Positions 1 to 10,077 of a stretch of 64,000 nt of DNA are shown in pieces. Position 1 is the first letter of the stretch. Each line of letters starts with the position of its first letter. This DNA comes from an uncultured Planctomycetaceae bacterium (GTDB lineage Bacteria; Planctomycetota; Planctomycetia; Planctomycetales; Planctomycetaceae), in the NCBI GenBank assembly GCA_963813715.1, contig CAWFAK010000017.1:1125249-1189248 (forward strand), in the 5' to 3' direction. The position numbers and the translations under genes were made by a program. The notes under the pieces were generated by a model that made no database searches, was not told where the DNA came from, and saw nothing but the letters and a program-made list of their open reading frames with translations.

Positions 1-1
1 C

Positions 2-1894
2 GTTTCCGCAACGTCGTCCGGCAGCTGCATTGAGCAATCGTGGCTGAAGCCGGGAACGCTGGTGGTCGACGTCGGCGTGCCGACCGACGTCCGCGGCAGC
101 GCCGCCGAGCGGGACGACGTGCTGATCCTCACCGGCGGCTTGATCCGCGTCCCCGAGCCGATGGCCCAAGCGTCGCGGCTCTTGTGGTTCCAGCACGGCA
201 TGATCCCCAGCTGCCTCAGCGAAACAATGCTATTGGCCCTCGAAGAGCGCGAGGAATGCTTCTCGCTCGGCCGTGAGCTGTCGCCCGAGGGAGTGCAGGA
301 GATCGGCTCAATCGCCCGTCGCCACGGCTTCGACTTCTCGCGACTCTATTCCTTCGGCTGCCCGCTGGGCGACGACGCCCTCGTGCGTTTTCAAAAGACA
401 CGGGCGCAGATGGCCCGCCGCACGACCCTCTCGGCGCCGGCCGCCAAGGCCGCGCCGACACCGCGACAACTGGCCGACCGCGCCGCCAAGCTCTACGCCC
501 GCTACATCAATCCCGTTCTGATGGCGATGAACGGGACGAGCGGCTTGTTCGAGACCTTTGTCCGCGGCGAGGGAGAGTATCTCTACGACGCAGCCGGCAA
601 AAAGTATCTCGACTTCGTCGCCGGCTTTGGCTCGCTGAATTTCGGCCACAACCACCCGGCCGTTGCTGAGGCGGTTAGCACGGCCATCCGCGAGCAGGCC
701 CCCGGTTTCACGCCGACGTCCGTGAATCCCTACGCGGCCACGCTTGCCGAAAAGCTCGTCTCCAAAGCGCCGAGCGGCCTCGAGATGGCCTTCTTCTGCA
801 ACAGCGGCACCGAGGCCGTGGAAGCGTCGATCAAGCTGGCCCGTGCGGCGACCGGCCGGAGCGGCCTGTTATCCTGCGACGGGGCATTCCACGGCAAATC
901 GATGGGCTCACTCTCGGTCACGGGCAATCCCGGATATCAGAAGGTGTTTCAGCCGCTCGTCGGGGATTGCCACCGCATTCCGTACGGCGACTTCGAGGCG
1001 CTCGAGCGGACGCTGTCCACGCGGCGCTTCGCGGCGTTTATCGTCGAGCCAATTCAAGCCGAGGGCGGCGTGCGCATGGCTCCGGCCGGCTACCTCCGCG
1101 AGGCGCAGGCCATCTGCCGATCGACCGACACGCTCTTGATCGTCGACGAAGTGCAGACCGGCATGGGCCGCACGGGCATGAACTTCGCCGTCGAGCACGA
1201 GGACGTCCATCCCGACGTCATGACCCTGGCGAAGTCGCTCGGCGGCGGGCTGATGCCGATCGGCGCGATGCTCGCTCGACGCGACCTGTGGATGAAGGCG
1301 TACGGAACCGTCGCGAACTGCACGCTGCACACCAGCACCTTCGGCGGCGGCAGCCTGGCCACGGCCGCGGGACTCGCCGCACTCGACGTTCTCGATAACG
1401 AATGCCTGGCAGAGAACGCGGCTCGCCGCGGCGATCAACTGCTCGCCGGGCTGAGCGAAATGGCCAAGCGGTTCCGTTGCGTGAAGACCGTGCGCGGCCG
1501 GGGCTTGTTGCTCGGCGTCGAGTTCCAGCCGCTGCAGGCCAACGTCAAGGCGCATTGGATGCAGATCGATCCGACCGGCATGTCGCGGTATATCGCGGCC
1601 GAGGTTGGTCAGATGATCGACGCGTTCCACGTGCTGCACGCCATGCAGACCCTGATGCAGGGCCACGCGATCTATACGCAGTTCACGCGATCCAATCCGC
1701 TGGTCCTGCGGATCGAGCCGCCCCTGACGATTACGGAGGCCCAGACGCAGGAATTTCTCACCGCCTTCGAGAAAACCTGTGAGGAAATCGACTTTGTCGT
1801 GTCGATCATCGGCGAGATGATCGCCAAGACGAGCGTCGGCAAGCATGACGCGGCCCAGCGCGCCGGCTTCACTCCGGCAGATGCGGCTCAGTAA
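2..1894 (+). CDS. Partial (5'-truncated) fusion: acyl-ACP/thioester reductase-like domain + class III PLP aminotransferase (PigE-like architecture)
   Basis: Frame open from position 2 (VSATSSG...LKPGTLVVDVGVPTDV...GG...SCLSETMLLALE...FSLGR...IARRHGF resembles the C-terminus of acyl-ACP reductase-like Rossmann domains). Aminotransferase III motifs follow: YLDFVAGFGSLNFGHNHP, NSGTEAVE, FHGKS, EPIQAEGG, DEVQTG, TLAKSLGGG. Confidence 0.85.
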   Translation, partial: VSATSSGSCIEQSWLKPGTLVVDVGVPTDVRGSAAERDDVLILTGGLIRVPEPMAQASRLLWFQHGMIPSCLSETMLLALEEREECFSLGRELSPEGVQEIGSIARRHGFDFSRLYSFGCPLGDDALVRFQKTRAQMARRTTLSAPAAKAAPTPRQLADRAAKLYARYINPVLMAMNGTSGLFETFVRGEGEYLYDAAGKKYLDFVAGFGSLNFGHNHPAVAEAVSTAIREQAPGFTPTSVNPYAATLAEKLVSKAPSGLEMAFFCNSGTEAVEASIKLARAATGRSGLLSCDGAFHGKSMGSLSVTGNPGYQKVFQPLVGDCHRIPYGDFEALERTLSTRRFAAFIVEPIQAEGGVRMAPAGYLREAQAICRSTDTLLIVDEVQTGMGRTGMNFAVEHEDVHPDVMTLAKSLGGGLMPIGAMLARRDLWMKAYGTVANCTLHTSTFGGGSLATAAGLAALDVLDNECLAENAARRGDQLLAGLSEMAKRFRCVKTVRGRGLLLGVEFQPLQANVKAHWMQIDPTGMSRYIAAEVGQMIDAFHVLHAMQTLMQGHAIYTQFTRSNPLVLRIEPPLTITEAQTQEFLTAFEKTCEEIDFVVSIIGEMIAKTSVGKHDAAQRAGFTPADAAQ

Positions 1895-1933
1895 GGCGCG
1901 GCGGCGTTTCACAAACGCTTGACGGGCGACTCC

Positions 1934-3115
1934 ATGACGATGGTCGTTTCCAGCGATCCCTCTTCCTCGCGGCTCGCATACACGGCCTCGGTTTACGACT
2001 CGATTCGCAACGTCGATCCGGACGAATGGAACCACGTCCGCGAACCGCACGCCGATCCCTTCATGCATCCGGGCTTCGTGGCGGCCGTCGAGAATTCATT
2101 CGCCGACGTGTGCCGCTTCCGCCACGTCGTGATCCGTGACGAACACGCTCATGCGGTGGCGGCCGCCTGCCTCTGCTTCTTTCCGGTCGACGCGGCCGTG
2201 CTCGCCGACGGTTTTGCCCGCCGCATCGCCAACGCGATCAACGGCGTGGCGCCGTTTCTGTTGCGGGTCCCCCTGCTCTTGGTCGGGATGCCCGTCTCCT
2301 GCGGCGCCAGCCACCTGCGATTCGCCCCTGAGGCCGATCGAGAAGCGGCGCTCAAGCTGATCGACGAAGAGGCCCGCAAATTCGCGCGGGAGACGAAGGC
2401 CAAGTGCATCGTCTTCAAAGAATTTGAAGCTCACGAATGTCACGACCTCGAGCCGTTGAAAACTCTCGGTTATTGCCAGGCCGACAGTCTGCCCATGAAC
2501 TGCGCCCCGGCCCAGTACACCAGCTTCGACAATTACCTGGCCAGCGTCCCTTCGGCCAAGCGGCGCACGATCAAGAAAGCCCGCGACAAGTTTGCGAAGT
2601 TCGGTTTTAAGGTCGCGCACTTGCGCGGCGGCGAAGGGGCCGATCGCCTTTATACCGACGAAGTGCATGGGCTTTACGACGGCGTGCTCGACCGGGCCAA
2701 GGTCCGCTTCGAGCGTCTGCCGGCCGAATTCTTCCGCGAGATCGCGCGGCAGATGCCCGACAATTCGCTCTTCACTTACATCTTTCAGGGCGAGCGGATC
2801 GTGGCATTTGCGGCAACGCTGACCGTTGAAGACGTGTTCGACCAGATGTTCGTCGGCTACGACTACGAGCTCAACCCCGAGTGCGATCTCTATTTCAACC
2901 TGTTCTTCGAGGCGGTCGCTGCCGCCTTCGAGCGCCGGCCGCGTCGGATTTACATCGGCCAGACGAGCGACGACTTCAAGCACCAGAAGCTGAGCGGCTT
3001 CCAGATTCCCCTATCGATCTACGTCAAGGGGACGCACCCGCTGGTTAGCGCACTCATCAAGAACGCTTTTGGTCTGTTCTTCCCGCTGCGCCCGCTCCAG
3101 TATCCGCAGCCGTAG
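1934..3115 (+). CDS. GNAT/FemAB-like acyltransferase (Acetyltransf_6 / peptidoglycan-biosynthesis-like family)
   Basis: IVFKEF, SFDNYLAS..SAKRRTIKK, FERLPAEFF, GYDYELN..DLYFNL, IGQTSDDFK motifs typical of this GNAT clade; 40 bp after the aminotransferase. Confidence 0.75.
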   Translation: MTMVVSSDPSSSRLAYTASVYDSIRNVDPDEWNHVREPHADPFMHPGFVAAVENSFADVCRFRHVVIRDEHAHAVAAACLCFFPVDAAVLADGFARRIANAINGVAPFLLRVPLLLVGMPVSCGASHLRFAPEADREAALKLIDEEARKFARETKAKCIVFKEFEAHECHDLEPLKTLGYCQADSLPMNCAPAQYTSFDNYLASVPSAKRRTIKKARDKFAKFGFKVAHLRGGEGADRLYTDEVHGLYDGVLDRAKVRFERLPAEFFREIARQMPDNSLFTYIFQGERIVAFAATLTVEDVFDQMFVGYDYELNPECDLYFNLFFEAVAAAFERRPRRIYIGQTSDDFKHQKLSGFQIPLSIYVKGTHPLVSALIKNAFGLFFPLRPLQYPQP

Positions 3116-3166
3116 ATGGGCGGCGTGAGTTGATCGGCGCCGGATGCGCGGCAAGTGCCGCGCCGT

Positions 3167-4039
3167 CTACTCCGTTTCCTTATCGGAGATGTAGCGCGGC
3201 TGCGTGCCCCAGTGGAGCTTGCGGCGTAGCGTGGCGTAGTAGCTCAACCCGCTGACGCGCGCCAACTGGAACGTGACCGGCGCCCGCCGAACCTCGACCA
3301 CGTCCCCTTCGCTGAGCGGACGATGCACCTGCCCATCGATAATGACGGCCGCCCCGCTCTGGCCGCGTCGCAGGGTGAGCGTGTAGACACAGTCGGCCCG
3401 ATCGACGAGCGGCCGATTGGTCAGCGCGTGCGGGCAATTCGGCGTCACCACGAACGCCTCGAGGTCTTGCCGCAGGATCGGCCCGCCCGCCGCCAGGCTA
3501 TAAGCGGTCGAGCCGACCGGCGTGCTGACGATCAGCCCATCGCAGCTATAAGTCGTCACAGGCTCACCGTCAATCGCCAGGTGGACGTCGACCATGTGGA
3601 AGGAGCCGCCGCACGAGACGACCACCTCGTTCAGTCCCAAGAACTTCTCAACGGGCCGTCCCGCCGCCTTCACGGAACACTCGAACATCAGATGTTCGAT
3701 GATGTGGTAGTCGCGGGCCTGCAGCTTGGGAAACTGTTCGCGAAACTCGACTGGGGAAAGATCGGCGAGAAAGCCCAGGCGTCCCAGATTGACGCCGACG
3801 ATCGGCAACTGCCGCATCCCCATTTGCCGGCAGGCGCGGAGGATGGCTCCATCACCGCCGAGGACAGCCACCAGATCGGCTTCGAGGTCGTCGAGGACGA
3901 GATCGTCGGTGACCGCCGCCGCCACCACCTCGACGCCCGGTTCGCTGGCGAGAAATTCCGACATTTCCCGCCAGGCATCCTGCACGCGGGCCGTCTGGTC
4001 TCGAGCCAGCACAATTAATTGCAGGGGCTTTCTCGCCAT
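3167..4039 (-). CDS. nadK: NAD(+)/NADH kinase
   Basis: GGDGAIL, GVNLGRLGFL, LNEVV, DGLIVSTPVGSTAYSLAAGGPI motifs; start placed at ATG 4039 (MARKPL). Confidence 0.95.
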   Translation of the reverse strand: MARKPLQLIVLARDQTARVQDAWREMSEFLASEPGVEVVAAAVTDDLVLDDLEADLVAVLGGDGAILRACRQMGMRQLPIVGVNLGRLGFLADLSPVEFREQFPKLQARDYHIIEHLMFECSVKAAGRPVEKFLGLNEVVVSCGGSFHMVDVHLAIDGEPVTTYSCDGLIVSTPVGSTAYSLAAGGPILRQDLEAFVVTPNCPHALTNRPLVDRADCVYTLTLRRGQSGAAVIIDGQVHRPLSEGDVVEVRRAPVTFQLARVSGLSYYATLRRKLHWGTQPRYISDKETE

Positions 4040-4158
4040 CACATGTCTTTCGCGCCGAATTCCTGGGAAGCGCGCAAGGGATTGTGCACAATGAGGCCAG
4101 CGGTGACAACACCGCGCGGCCGCCGACGGTTGCCGCCAACCACGGACTTGCCCGCTCA

Positions 4159-4851
4159 ATGAATTATTTTGCCCACGGAATTCGCTTTGTCGACCGTCCC
4201 TGGTTCCTGGCCGGGACCGCGCTGCCCGACTGGCTGTCGGTCATCGACCGCCGAGTCCGACTGCGCCCGAAACTGATTCTCCAGCGGGCAAATGGCTCCG
4301 GTTCGATCGACGCGGAGATGGCCGCCGGCGCCTGTCAGCACTTTGAGGACGACCGCTGGTTCCACAAGACGCGGGCATTTGCAGAGGTGACGGCTCAGCT
4401 CGCGCGGCTCTTTCGCGACTTTTTGGGAGTCGGCGACAACTTTCGCTGCGGCTTCCTGGGCCACATCGCCAGCGAATTGCTGTTGGATGGCGTGCTCATT
4501 GAGCGGCATCCGGAGTTGCTCGACCGATATTACAGCGTGTTTGCCCGACTCGACGCGGCCCGGCTGACCGAAGTCATCGGCGACCTGGCAGGACAGCCGG
4601 TCGACGTGGGACATTGGCTGCCGATCTTCTGCCGCGAGCAGTTTTTGCGCGATTATGCCGACAGCGTGCGACTGGCCTATCGCTTGAATCAAGTTCTGCG
4701 GCGGGTCAAACTGGATCCGCTCCCGGCGGGCATCGAGGAGCCGCTGTCGGCCGGCCGCAGCATCGTGCGAGCCAATGCGGACGGCCTGCTCCCCGCGTCC
4801 CATTTTGCCGTCGTCCCGCTCTCCATCACACCATCCGTCGAGGCAGGCTGA
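4159..4851 (+). CDS. AcpH (ACP phosphodiesterase)-like / HD-type metal-binding hypothetical protein
   Basis: MNYFAH start, LPD, HFEDDRWFH, GHIASELLLD motif series resembles AcpH/zinc phospholipase C fold. Confidence 0.6.
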   Translation: MNYFAHGIRFVDRPWFLAGTALPDWLSVIDRRVRLRPKLILQRANGSGSIDAEMAAGACQHFEDDRWFHKTRAFAEVTAQLARLFRDFLGVGDNFRCGFLGHIASELLLDGVLIERHPELLDRYYSVFARLDAARLTEVIGDLAGQPVDVGHWLPIFCREQFLRDYADSVRLAYRLNQVLRRVKLDPLPAGIEEPLSAGRSIVRANADGLLPASHFAVVPLSITPSVEAG

Positions 4852-4852
4852 T

Positions 4853-5695
4853 ATGAAATATGGCATGAATATGCTGTTGTGGACGACCAATGTCGATGCG
4901 TCGCACGACAAGGTCTTCGAGATGCTGAAGGAGACGGGCTACGACGGCGTCGAAATCCCGATCTTCCAGCTCGACGACGCCAACTTTCAGCGAATCGGCA
5001 AAACGCTGTCCTCGCTCAAGCTCGAGGCCACCACGGTCGTCTGCGTCGGCGCCGCGGTGAATCCGATTTCGCCCGATGCGGCCATCCGCAAAAGCGCGAT
5101 GGACCACCTGAAGAAGGCGATCGACCTGAGTCGCGTCTGCGGCTCGAAGCTCCTGGCCGGCCCCTTTCACTCAGCGATCGGCGAGTTCACGGGCAAAGGC
5201 CCCACGTCGGACGAATGGAAGCGGGGCACCGAGTTCTTCGGGAATTTGGCCGACTACGCCAAACAAGCCGGCGTGACGCTGGTGCTCGAATACCTCAACC
5301 GCTTCGAGTGCTACTTCCTCAATACGGCCGCCGACACGGCCCGCTTCTGCCGCGAGGTCAATCACCCGAACCTGCGGATGATGTATGACACGTTCCACGC
5401 GAACATCGAGGAAAAGAGCATCGCGCAGGCGATTCGCGAGTGTGCGCCGTACACCGCGCACGTTCACATTTCGGAAAACGACCGCGGCACGCCCGGCGAG
5501 GGGCATGTCGATTGGGATACGACCTTCAAGACCCTCAAAGAGACCAAGTACGACGGCTGGATGGTGGTCGAAGCCTTCGGTCTCGCTCTGCCCGATTTGG
5601 CGGCTGCGACAAAGATCTGGCGACGCATGTTCACGAGCGAAGAGCAGCTATCGAGAGACTCGCTGCGATTCATGAAGTCACGCTGGGCGAGTTGA
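4853..5695 (+). CDS. Sugar phosphate isomerase/epimerase, D-psicose/D-tagatose 3-epimerase family
   Basis: GYDGVEIP, EYLNRFE, YDTFHANIEE, HVHISENDRGTPG, VEAF, IWR motifs. Confidence 0.9.
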   Translation: MKYGMNMLLWTTNVDASHDKVFEMLKETGYDGVEIPIFQLDDANFQRIGKTLSSLKLEATTVVCVGAAVNPISPDAAIRKSAMDHLKKAIDLSRVCGSKLLAGPFHSAIGEFTGKGPTSDEWKRGTEFFGNLADYAKQAGVTLVLEYLNRFECYFLNTAADTARFCREVNHPNLRMMYDTFHANIEEKSIAQAIRECAPYTAHVHISENDRGTPGEGHVDWDTTFKTLKETKYDGWMVVEAFGLALPDLAAATKIWRRMFTSEEQLSRDSLRFMKSRWAS

Positions 5696-6820
5696 TCAGT
5701 CGCTGCCCGCTCCGGACGATCAAGGCGAACGTCATAAAGGCGGCTCGACTCCGGTTGCTGGTGCTGTTGTTGCTGTCGCTGGTGCGGCTCGACCTCTGGG
5801 ATCATGATCGGCGAAGGTGTAAAGCCGACGATCACGAAGGCCAGGGTCAGCCAGCCAAGCACGATCCGCCCGGCCCCCAAGGGCATCTGGTCGTCGGTCG
5901 TCGGCGGATGACGCGGGCCCGACAAAAACAACAGCACGACCATCAGGCCGTAGCTGATTTCGCCTTGCCGGATCATGTAGGCGATGGCCAGAACCAAAAG
6001 CAAAATGGCCACCCGATGGGCGCCGCGACCGATCAGCGTGTAGAGAATGTGACCGCCGTCCAGCTGTCCGATCGGGACCAGGTTGAGGGCAGTGATGAAA
6101 ATTCCGACCCAGCCCGCAAACAGCCAGGGATCGTCGTATCTGAGTGCGTAGCCCGCGGGAATCGGCCCTTTAATCAAATGGATGAGCCAGCGGAGGATCA
6201 TCGGCTCGCCGTAAATCGGGTCGGCCGAATTCGCGTTGAAGGGTTCGAAGCCGGCCTGGTGCAGGCCGATGATCGTGATCGGGATGGTCAGCACCAAACC
6301 CGCCAAAGGCCCACTGATGGCAATGTCGAACAGGCTTTTCCGGTTTGCGACCCCGGCTCCCTGAATGATCACCGCTCCCATCGTGCCGAAAGGTGAAATC
6401 GGAAAGGGAATAAAGAACGGCGGCGTCGCCGGCACTTTGTTCCACTTGGCCTGCAAAAAGTGCCCCATTTCGTGCGCGATCAGGATGGCCATCACCGCGC
6501 CGAAATAGATTGCCCCCTCCTTGAGCATTGGGGGAACGACCGCTGCCAGCTGGTCTTTTTGCGCCCTCACGCAGACGATCGAGCGCGCCGAAGACGCCCC
6601 GGCTCGGCGAGAGTCCGGCGGCGAAGACGCTGACGCACGTCGCCAGAAAAAAAGTGATCGCGACGGGATGTCTGCCGATCAGCGAAGGCCGCGGAGTCGC
6701 CGGTCGGACAAAGCGCACCGAAGTCGGACGCGGAGCCGTTGGGGGCGTGTAGAACGTCGTGATTTCAAGCGGCCGGGCAACGTCAGAGTGCTCCCCCGCT
6801 CCGGGCGTCGGTTCGTTCAT
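5696..6820 (-). CDS. Site-2 protease family (peptidase M50) membrane metalloprotease; frameshift near 6570, 3' end uncertain
   Basis: HEMGH zinc motif, GTMGAVI, DIAISGPLAG, NLVPIGQLDGGH; N-terminal TM segment lies in the 6170..6820 frame; as sequenced the ORF runs to 5464 into the convergent gene, while an out-of-frame TGA sits at 5696-5698. Confidence 0.85.
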
Positions 6821-6891
6821 GCTGAGCGTATTTTAGGGGAGGCCGGCTTGCAGGCGAAGGGGACAACCAGACGCCAACAATTTCGGCCGTC

Positions 6892-7431
6892 TCAATCGGC
6901 CATTTCTTCGAGCACGCGGGCGAAGGCGCCGTAGCTGCCCGCGTCGAAGAGGACGAAGCGCACCTCGAAGGGTCGCGCTAGCTCGAGTTCGAAGGCACGA
7001 ACCGTCTTCAACGCACAGTTGGCCGCCAGGTCCCGGGGGTATCCGTAGACGCCTGTGCTGATCGCCGGAAAGGCGATGCTCCGGCACTGGTACTCGACCG
7101 CCAGTTCGAGGCAGCGCTGATAGGCGGACGCCAGGAGCTTCGCTTCCTGCTGCTGGCCGCCACGCCAGACCGGGCCCACCGCGTGAAAAACGTAACGGGC
7201 ACTCAGCAGGCCCCCCGCAGTCGGCACGGCGTCCCCGGTGCGGCAACCCTGTGGATAGCGACGACGTGTCTCTTCCATCAGCGATGGCCCGGCCGCGCGG
7301 TGGATCGCGCCATCGACGCCCCCACCCCCCCCCAATTCGGGGTTGGCCGCATTCACGATCGCGTCGGCGTTCTGCTCGGTGATGTCGCCCTGGACCAGCA
7401 CCACCTGAGCCGGACCGAAATAGACTCGCAT
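6892..7431 (-). CDS. ymdB: Macrodomain protein, O-acetyl-ADP-ribose deacetylase (YmdB-like)
   Basis: GDIT, AIVNAAN..LGGGGGVDGAIHRAAG, HAVGPVW, SIAFPAISTGVYGYP. Confidence 0.9.
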   Translation of the reverse strand: MRVYFGPAQVVLVQGDITEQNADAIVNAANPELGGGGGVDGAIHRAAGPSLMEETRRRYPQGCRTGDAVPTAGGLLSARYVFHAVGPVWRGGQQQEAKLLASAYQRCLELAVEYQCRSIAFPAISTGVYGYPRDLAANCALKTVRAFELELARPFEVRFVLFDAGSYGAFARVLEEMAD

Positions 7432-7493
7432 GGCTCTCCGCTCGAGTGGCACCTCCGTGTGCTCGACAGTTCGCGGTTGGTGACCGGATCGGC

Positions 7494-8276
7494 CTATTGC
7501 TTTTTCGCGGCGGCTTTGAGCCGTTGGGCAGCTGTCGAAGCCGCGTCCTGAAGCAACTGAACCTCGTTGGAATAGGAAATAAATCGCATCCCCTTCCGCG
7601 CCCAGTGCTCCAAGTTGTTGATGTCTAGCCCGATTGCGCCCGCCGCGACATTGTGCTTTTGGGCCAGGTGAATTGCGCGCTCGGTGATCGCCGTCATCCG
7701 CGGATGATCGATCTGTCCGGGAATTCCCAGGTCGATCGACAGGTCGGTAAATCCCAGGCAGGCCACGTCGACGCCGGGAAATGACATGATTTCGTCCAAC
7801 TCTTCCAGCGCCTCCTTGCGTTCGATCTGGATCGCGCACAAGGTCTGTTGATTATTGGACTCCATTAGCGCCTGGATCGACGTCTCGTCGAAATCGGTCT
7901 GCCCCATGGTCGCTGAAAAGCTCCTGGCGCCGTCCGGCGGATAGCGCATCCACGAAATGATGTCTCGCACCTGCTCGGGCGTGTTGACCCGCGGCACCAT
8001 AATTCCCATCGCCCCCTGGTCGAGCACGCGGCTGACGAGCGAATAGTCGGCCTGCGGGACGCGGACGATGGGCACGATGCCGCGGCTGCGGGATGCAGTA
8101 ATCAAGTCGGCCACGCTCTCCATGCTGTAGGCCGAATGCTCCATGTCGATGAAGACGAAATCGAAGCCCGCCCGCGCATACATGCGGGCAATGTCGGGAC
8201 TGCGGAGACGCGAGATTTCGCTGCCGACGACGGTCTGACCCGCCTTGAGGGCCTGCTTTACCGGATTGCTGCGCAT
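7494..8276 (-). CDS. HpcH/HpaI aldolase/citrate lyase family protein
   Basis: GFDFVFIDMEH, PIVRVP, LDQGAMGIMVP, RYPPDGAR, QIE, G.TDLSIDLG. Confidence 0.9.
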   Translation of the reverse strand: MRSNPVKQALKAGQTVVGSEISRLRSPDIARMYARAGFDFVFIDMEHSAYSMESVADLITASRSRGIVPIVRVPQADYSLVSRVLDQGAMGIMVPRVNTPEQVRDIISWMRYPPDGARSFSATMGQTDFDETSIQALMESNNQQTLCAIQIERKEALEELDEIMSFPGVDVACLGFTDLSIDLGIPGQIDHPRMTAITERAIHLAQKHNVAAGAIGLDINNLEHWARKGMRFISYSNEVQLLQDAASTAAQRLKAAAKKQ

Positions 8277-8560
8277 CGGTGTGACCAAAGAGGGGTTGTC
8301 GAACGAGAGGATGGCTGATTTCCCATCCTGGCTTTGCAAAAGTCGGGCCGCTCGCCACCGAGAGGGAGATCGGCTCCAGAATATCCAAATTCCGACGCGG
8401 CGTGATGCCCATTTTCTCGTCACCGGCGGACCTGGTCGGACCCGGGAGCAGACCGGCCGCAAACTCGCCTTGTTCCATCCTGCCACAATCGCGAAACTTC
8501 GCCTCCCCGAACGGGGCGGGCAGGAGCGGAGGCGTGGGGGTGGTCAGGCGGGAGCGAGGC

Positions 8561-9805
8561 GTGGCGGAGTACACCGACCGGGAACAATTCATTCCGATCC
8601 GCAAGACCGATCTGGTCGAATTGTTGTGTCGGGATTGGCCGCTGACGCCCCACGACCGTGAGCAATTCCGCCGCTTTTGCCGTCGCCTCGATGCGACGCT
8701 GCACTGCGAGTACCACGCCCGGCTGGAGCAGCTCAAGGACGCCTACGCCGGCTTCGACCCCGACGCCGACACGCATCCCCTCGAGCCCCACGCGGCCGGC
8801 AAGCATGCCCAGGAAATTGAGCTGCTCTTTTCCCAGTTCATCGCCCTGTTGGAGCGGGCCAACTTCAAGCGGCTCTCGCCCGCGGAATTGAACGCCGCCC
8901 TACAGAGTGCGAGCGACTGGGGCATCAATCTCGAAGTCGATTTCGACGTCTTCGATCGTCTGGAAATCTTCGTCCGCGGCGACGTCGTCGGTCAACGCAC
9001 CCGGCGGCGCTGGCGAAACCTGATGCGCCTTGAAGAGGTGAAGCTGCCCGTCTATCAGCGGCTCGTCGTGATTCTCAAGCTGCGCGAGGACGGTGGTCAG
9101 CCGGCCCACATCGACACCGATTCGGTCTATATCAAGATCTTCAAAGACATCCCCAAAGTCGACGTCGAGATGCTCTTGCCGGGCACCCGCGTGAAGCTGA
9201 GCCTCACCGATCGCGGAAAGATTGTGCTCCCCACGCTCAGCGGCGTCGCCATCACCGGCTGGAAGCTACTGCAAGGGGCTCTGACTCTCGCCCTGTCGAG
9301 CGCCTATCAATCGCTGGCTCTCTTGAGCCTGGTCGGCGGCACGGTGGGCTACGGTCTGCGGTCGTTTTACGGTTACCTGCAGACCAAACAGAAGTATCAG
9401 CTCAGTCTGGCCGAGAGCCTCTACTATCAAAACCTGGACAATAACGCCGGCTCGCTGTTTCGCTTGTTGAACGAGGCCGAAGAGCAGGAATTTCGCGAAG
9501 CCGTGCTGGCCTATTTCTTCCTGCTGACCAAGGCGGGCGACGCCGGCTGGAAGCGCGAGCACTTGGACGATGCCATCGAAGAATTCTTGGACGCGGCGAT
9601 GGACATCAAAGTCGATTTTGAGATCGGCGACGCGGTCGACAAGTTGGTGCACTTCGAGCTGATTCAGCACAGCGAAGACGGCCTGCTTCGAGCCGTCTCG
9701 CTGCGCGAAGCGCTGATCGCCCTCGATCGGGCGTGGAGCCACGCCGGCCACGAATTCAGCCTGGGCCACGTGCGTGAAAGCGTCCCGTTCCGCCGCAGCG
9801 CGTAA
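8561..9805 (+). CDS. DUF3754 / TMEM143 family membrane protein
   Basis: REQFIP, YIKIFKDIPKVDVEMLLP, LYYQNLDNNAG, AEEQEFREAVLAYFFL, VDFEIGDAVDKL; GTG start at 8561. Confidence 0.8.
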   Translation: MAEYTDREQFIPIRKTDLVELLCRDWPLTPHDREQFRRFCRRLDATLHCEYHARLEQLKDAYAGFDPDADTHPLEPHAAGKHAQEIELLFSQFIALLERANFKRLSPAELNAALQSASDWGINLEVDFDVFDRLEIFVRGDVVGQRTRRRWRNLMRLEEVKLPVYQRLVVILKLREDGGQPAHIDTDSVYIKIFKDIPKVDVEMLLPGTRVKLSLTDRGKIVLPTLSGVAITGWKLLQGALTLALSSAYQSLALLSLVGGTVGYGLRSFYGYLQTKQKYQLSLAESLYYQNLDNNAGSLFRLLNEAEEQEFREAVLAYFFLLTKAGDAGWKREHLDDAIEEFLDAAMDIKVDFEIGDAVDKLVHFELIQHSEDGLLRAVSLREALIALDRAWSHAGHEFSLGHVRESVPFRRSA

Positions 9806-10077
9806 TGAACGGCGAGTTTTTCTCAGCTTCTGGCGGGTTCACGCGCGAGCGGCGGACGCGTTCGCCCCCCCTGCGTTGCCGCCGCCAATGTCTTCCCATA
9901 GACAAAAGGCACTCGGAATCGCGTCTTCTGGGAGAGCCCATCGCCCGTGAGAGACCCGGTACACCCAGAGAGGCCCCATAAAGCCTTTCGGGGCAGGAAC
10001 TTCCTTGAATCCGTCCGCGCGGGCTTCTATGTTGAAATCAGCACAGGATTCGCACGTTGTCGCTCGGGAGGTCAGCG

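Noticed and set aside
908..2068. Long antisense/alternate-frame ORFs (e.g. 908..2068-, 5440..6396+, 17239..18447-, 29542..30681+, 37569..39116-, 44830..46008-, 53898..55091+)
   Set aside because: Shadow ORFs expected in high-GC DNA; they overlap motif-supported genes and show no recognisable motifs
5464..5695. 232-bp convergent overlap of the site-2 protease and epimerase genes
   Set aside because: Probably an indel artefact; an out-of-frame TGA at 5696-5698 would end the protease right beside the epimerase stop
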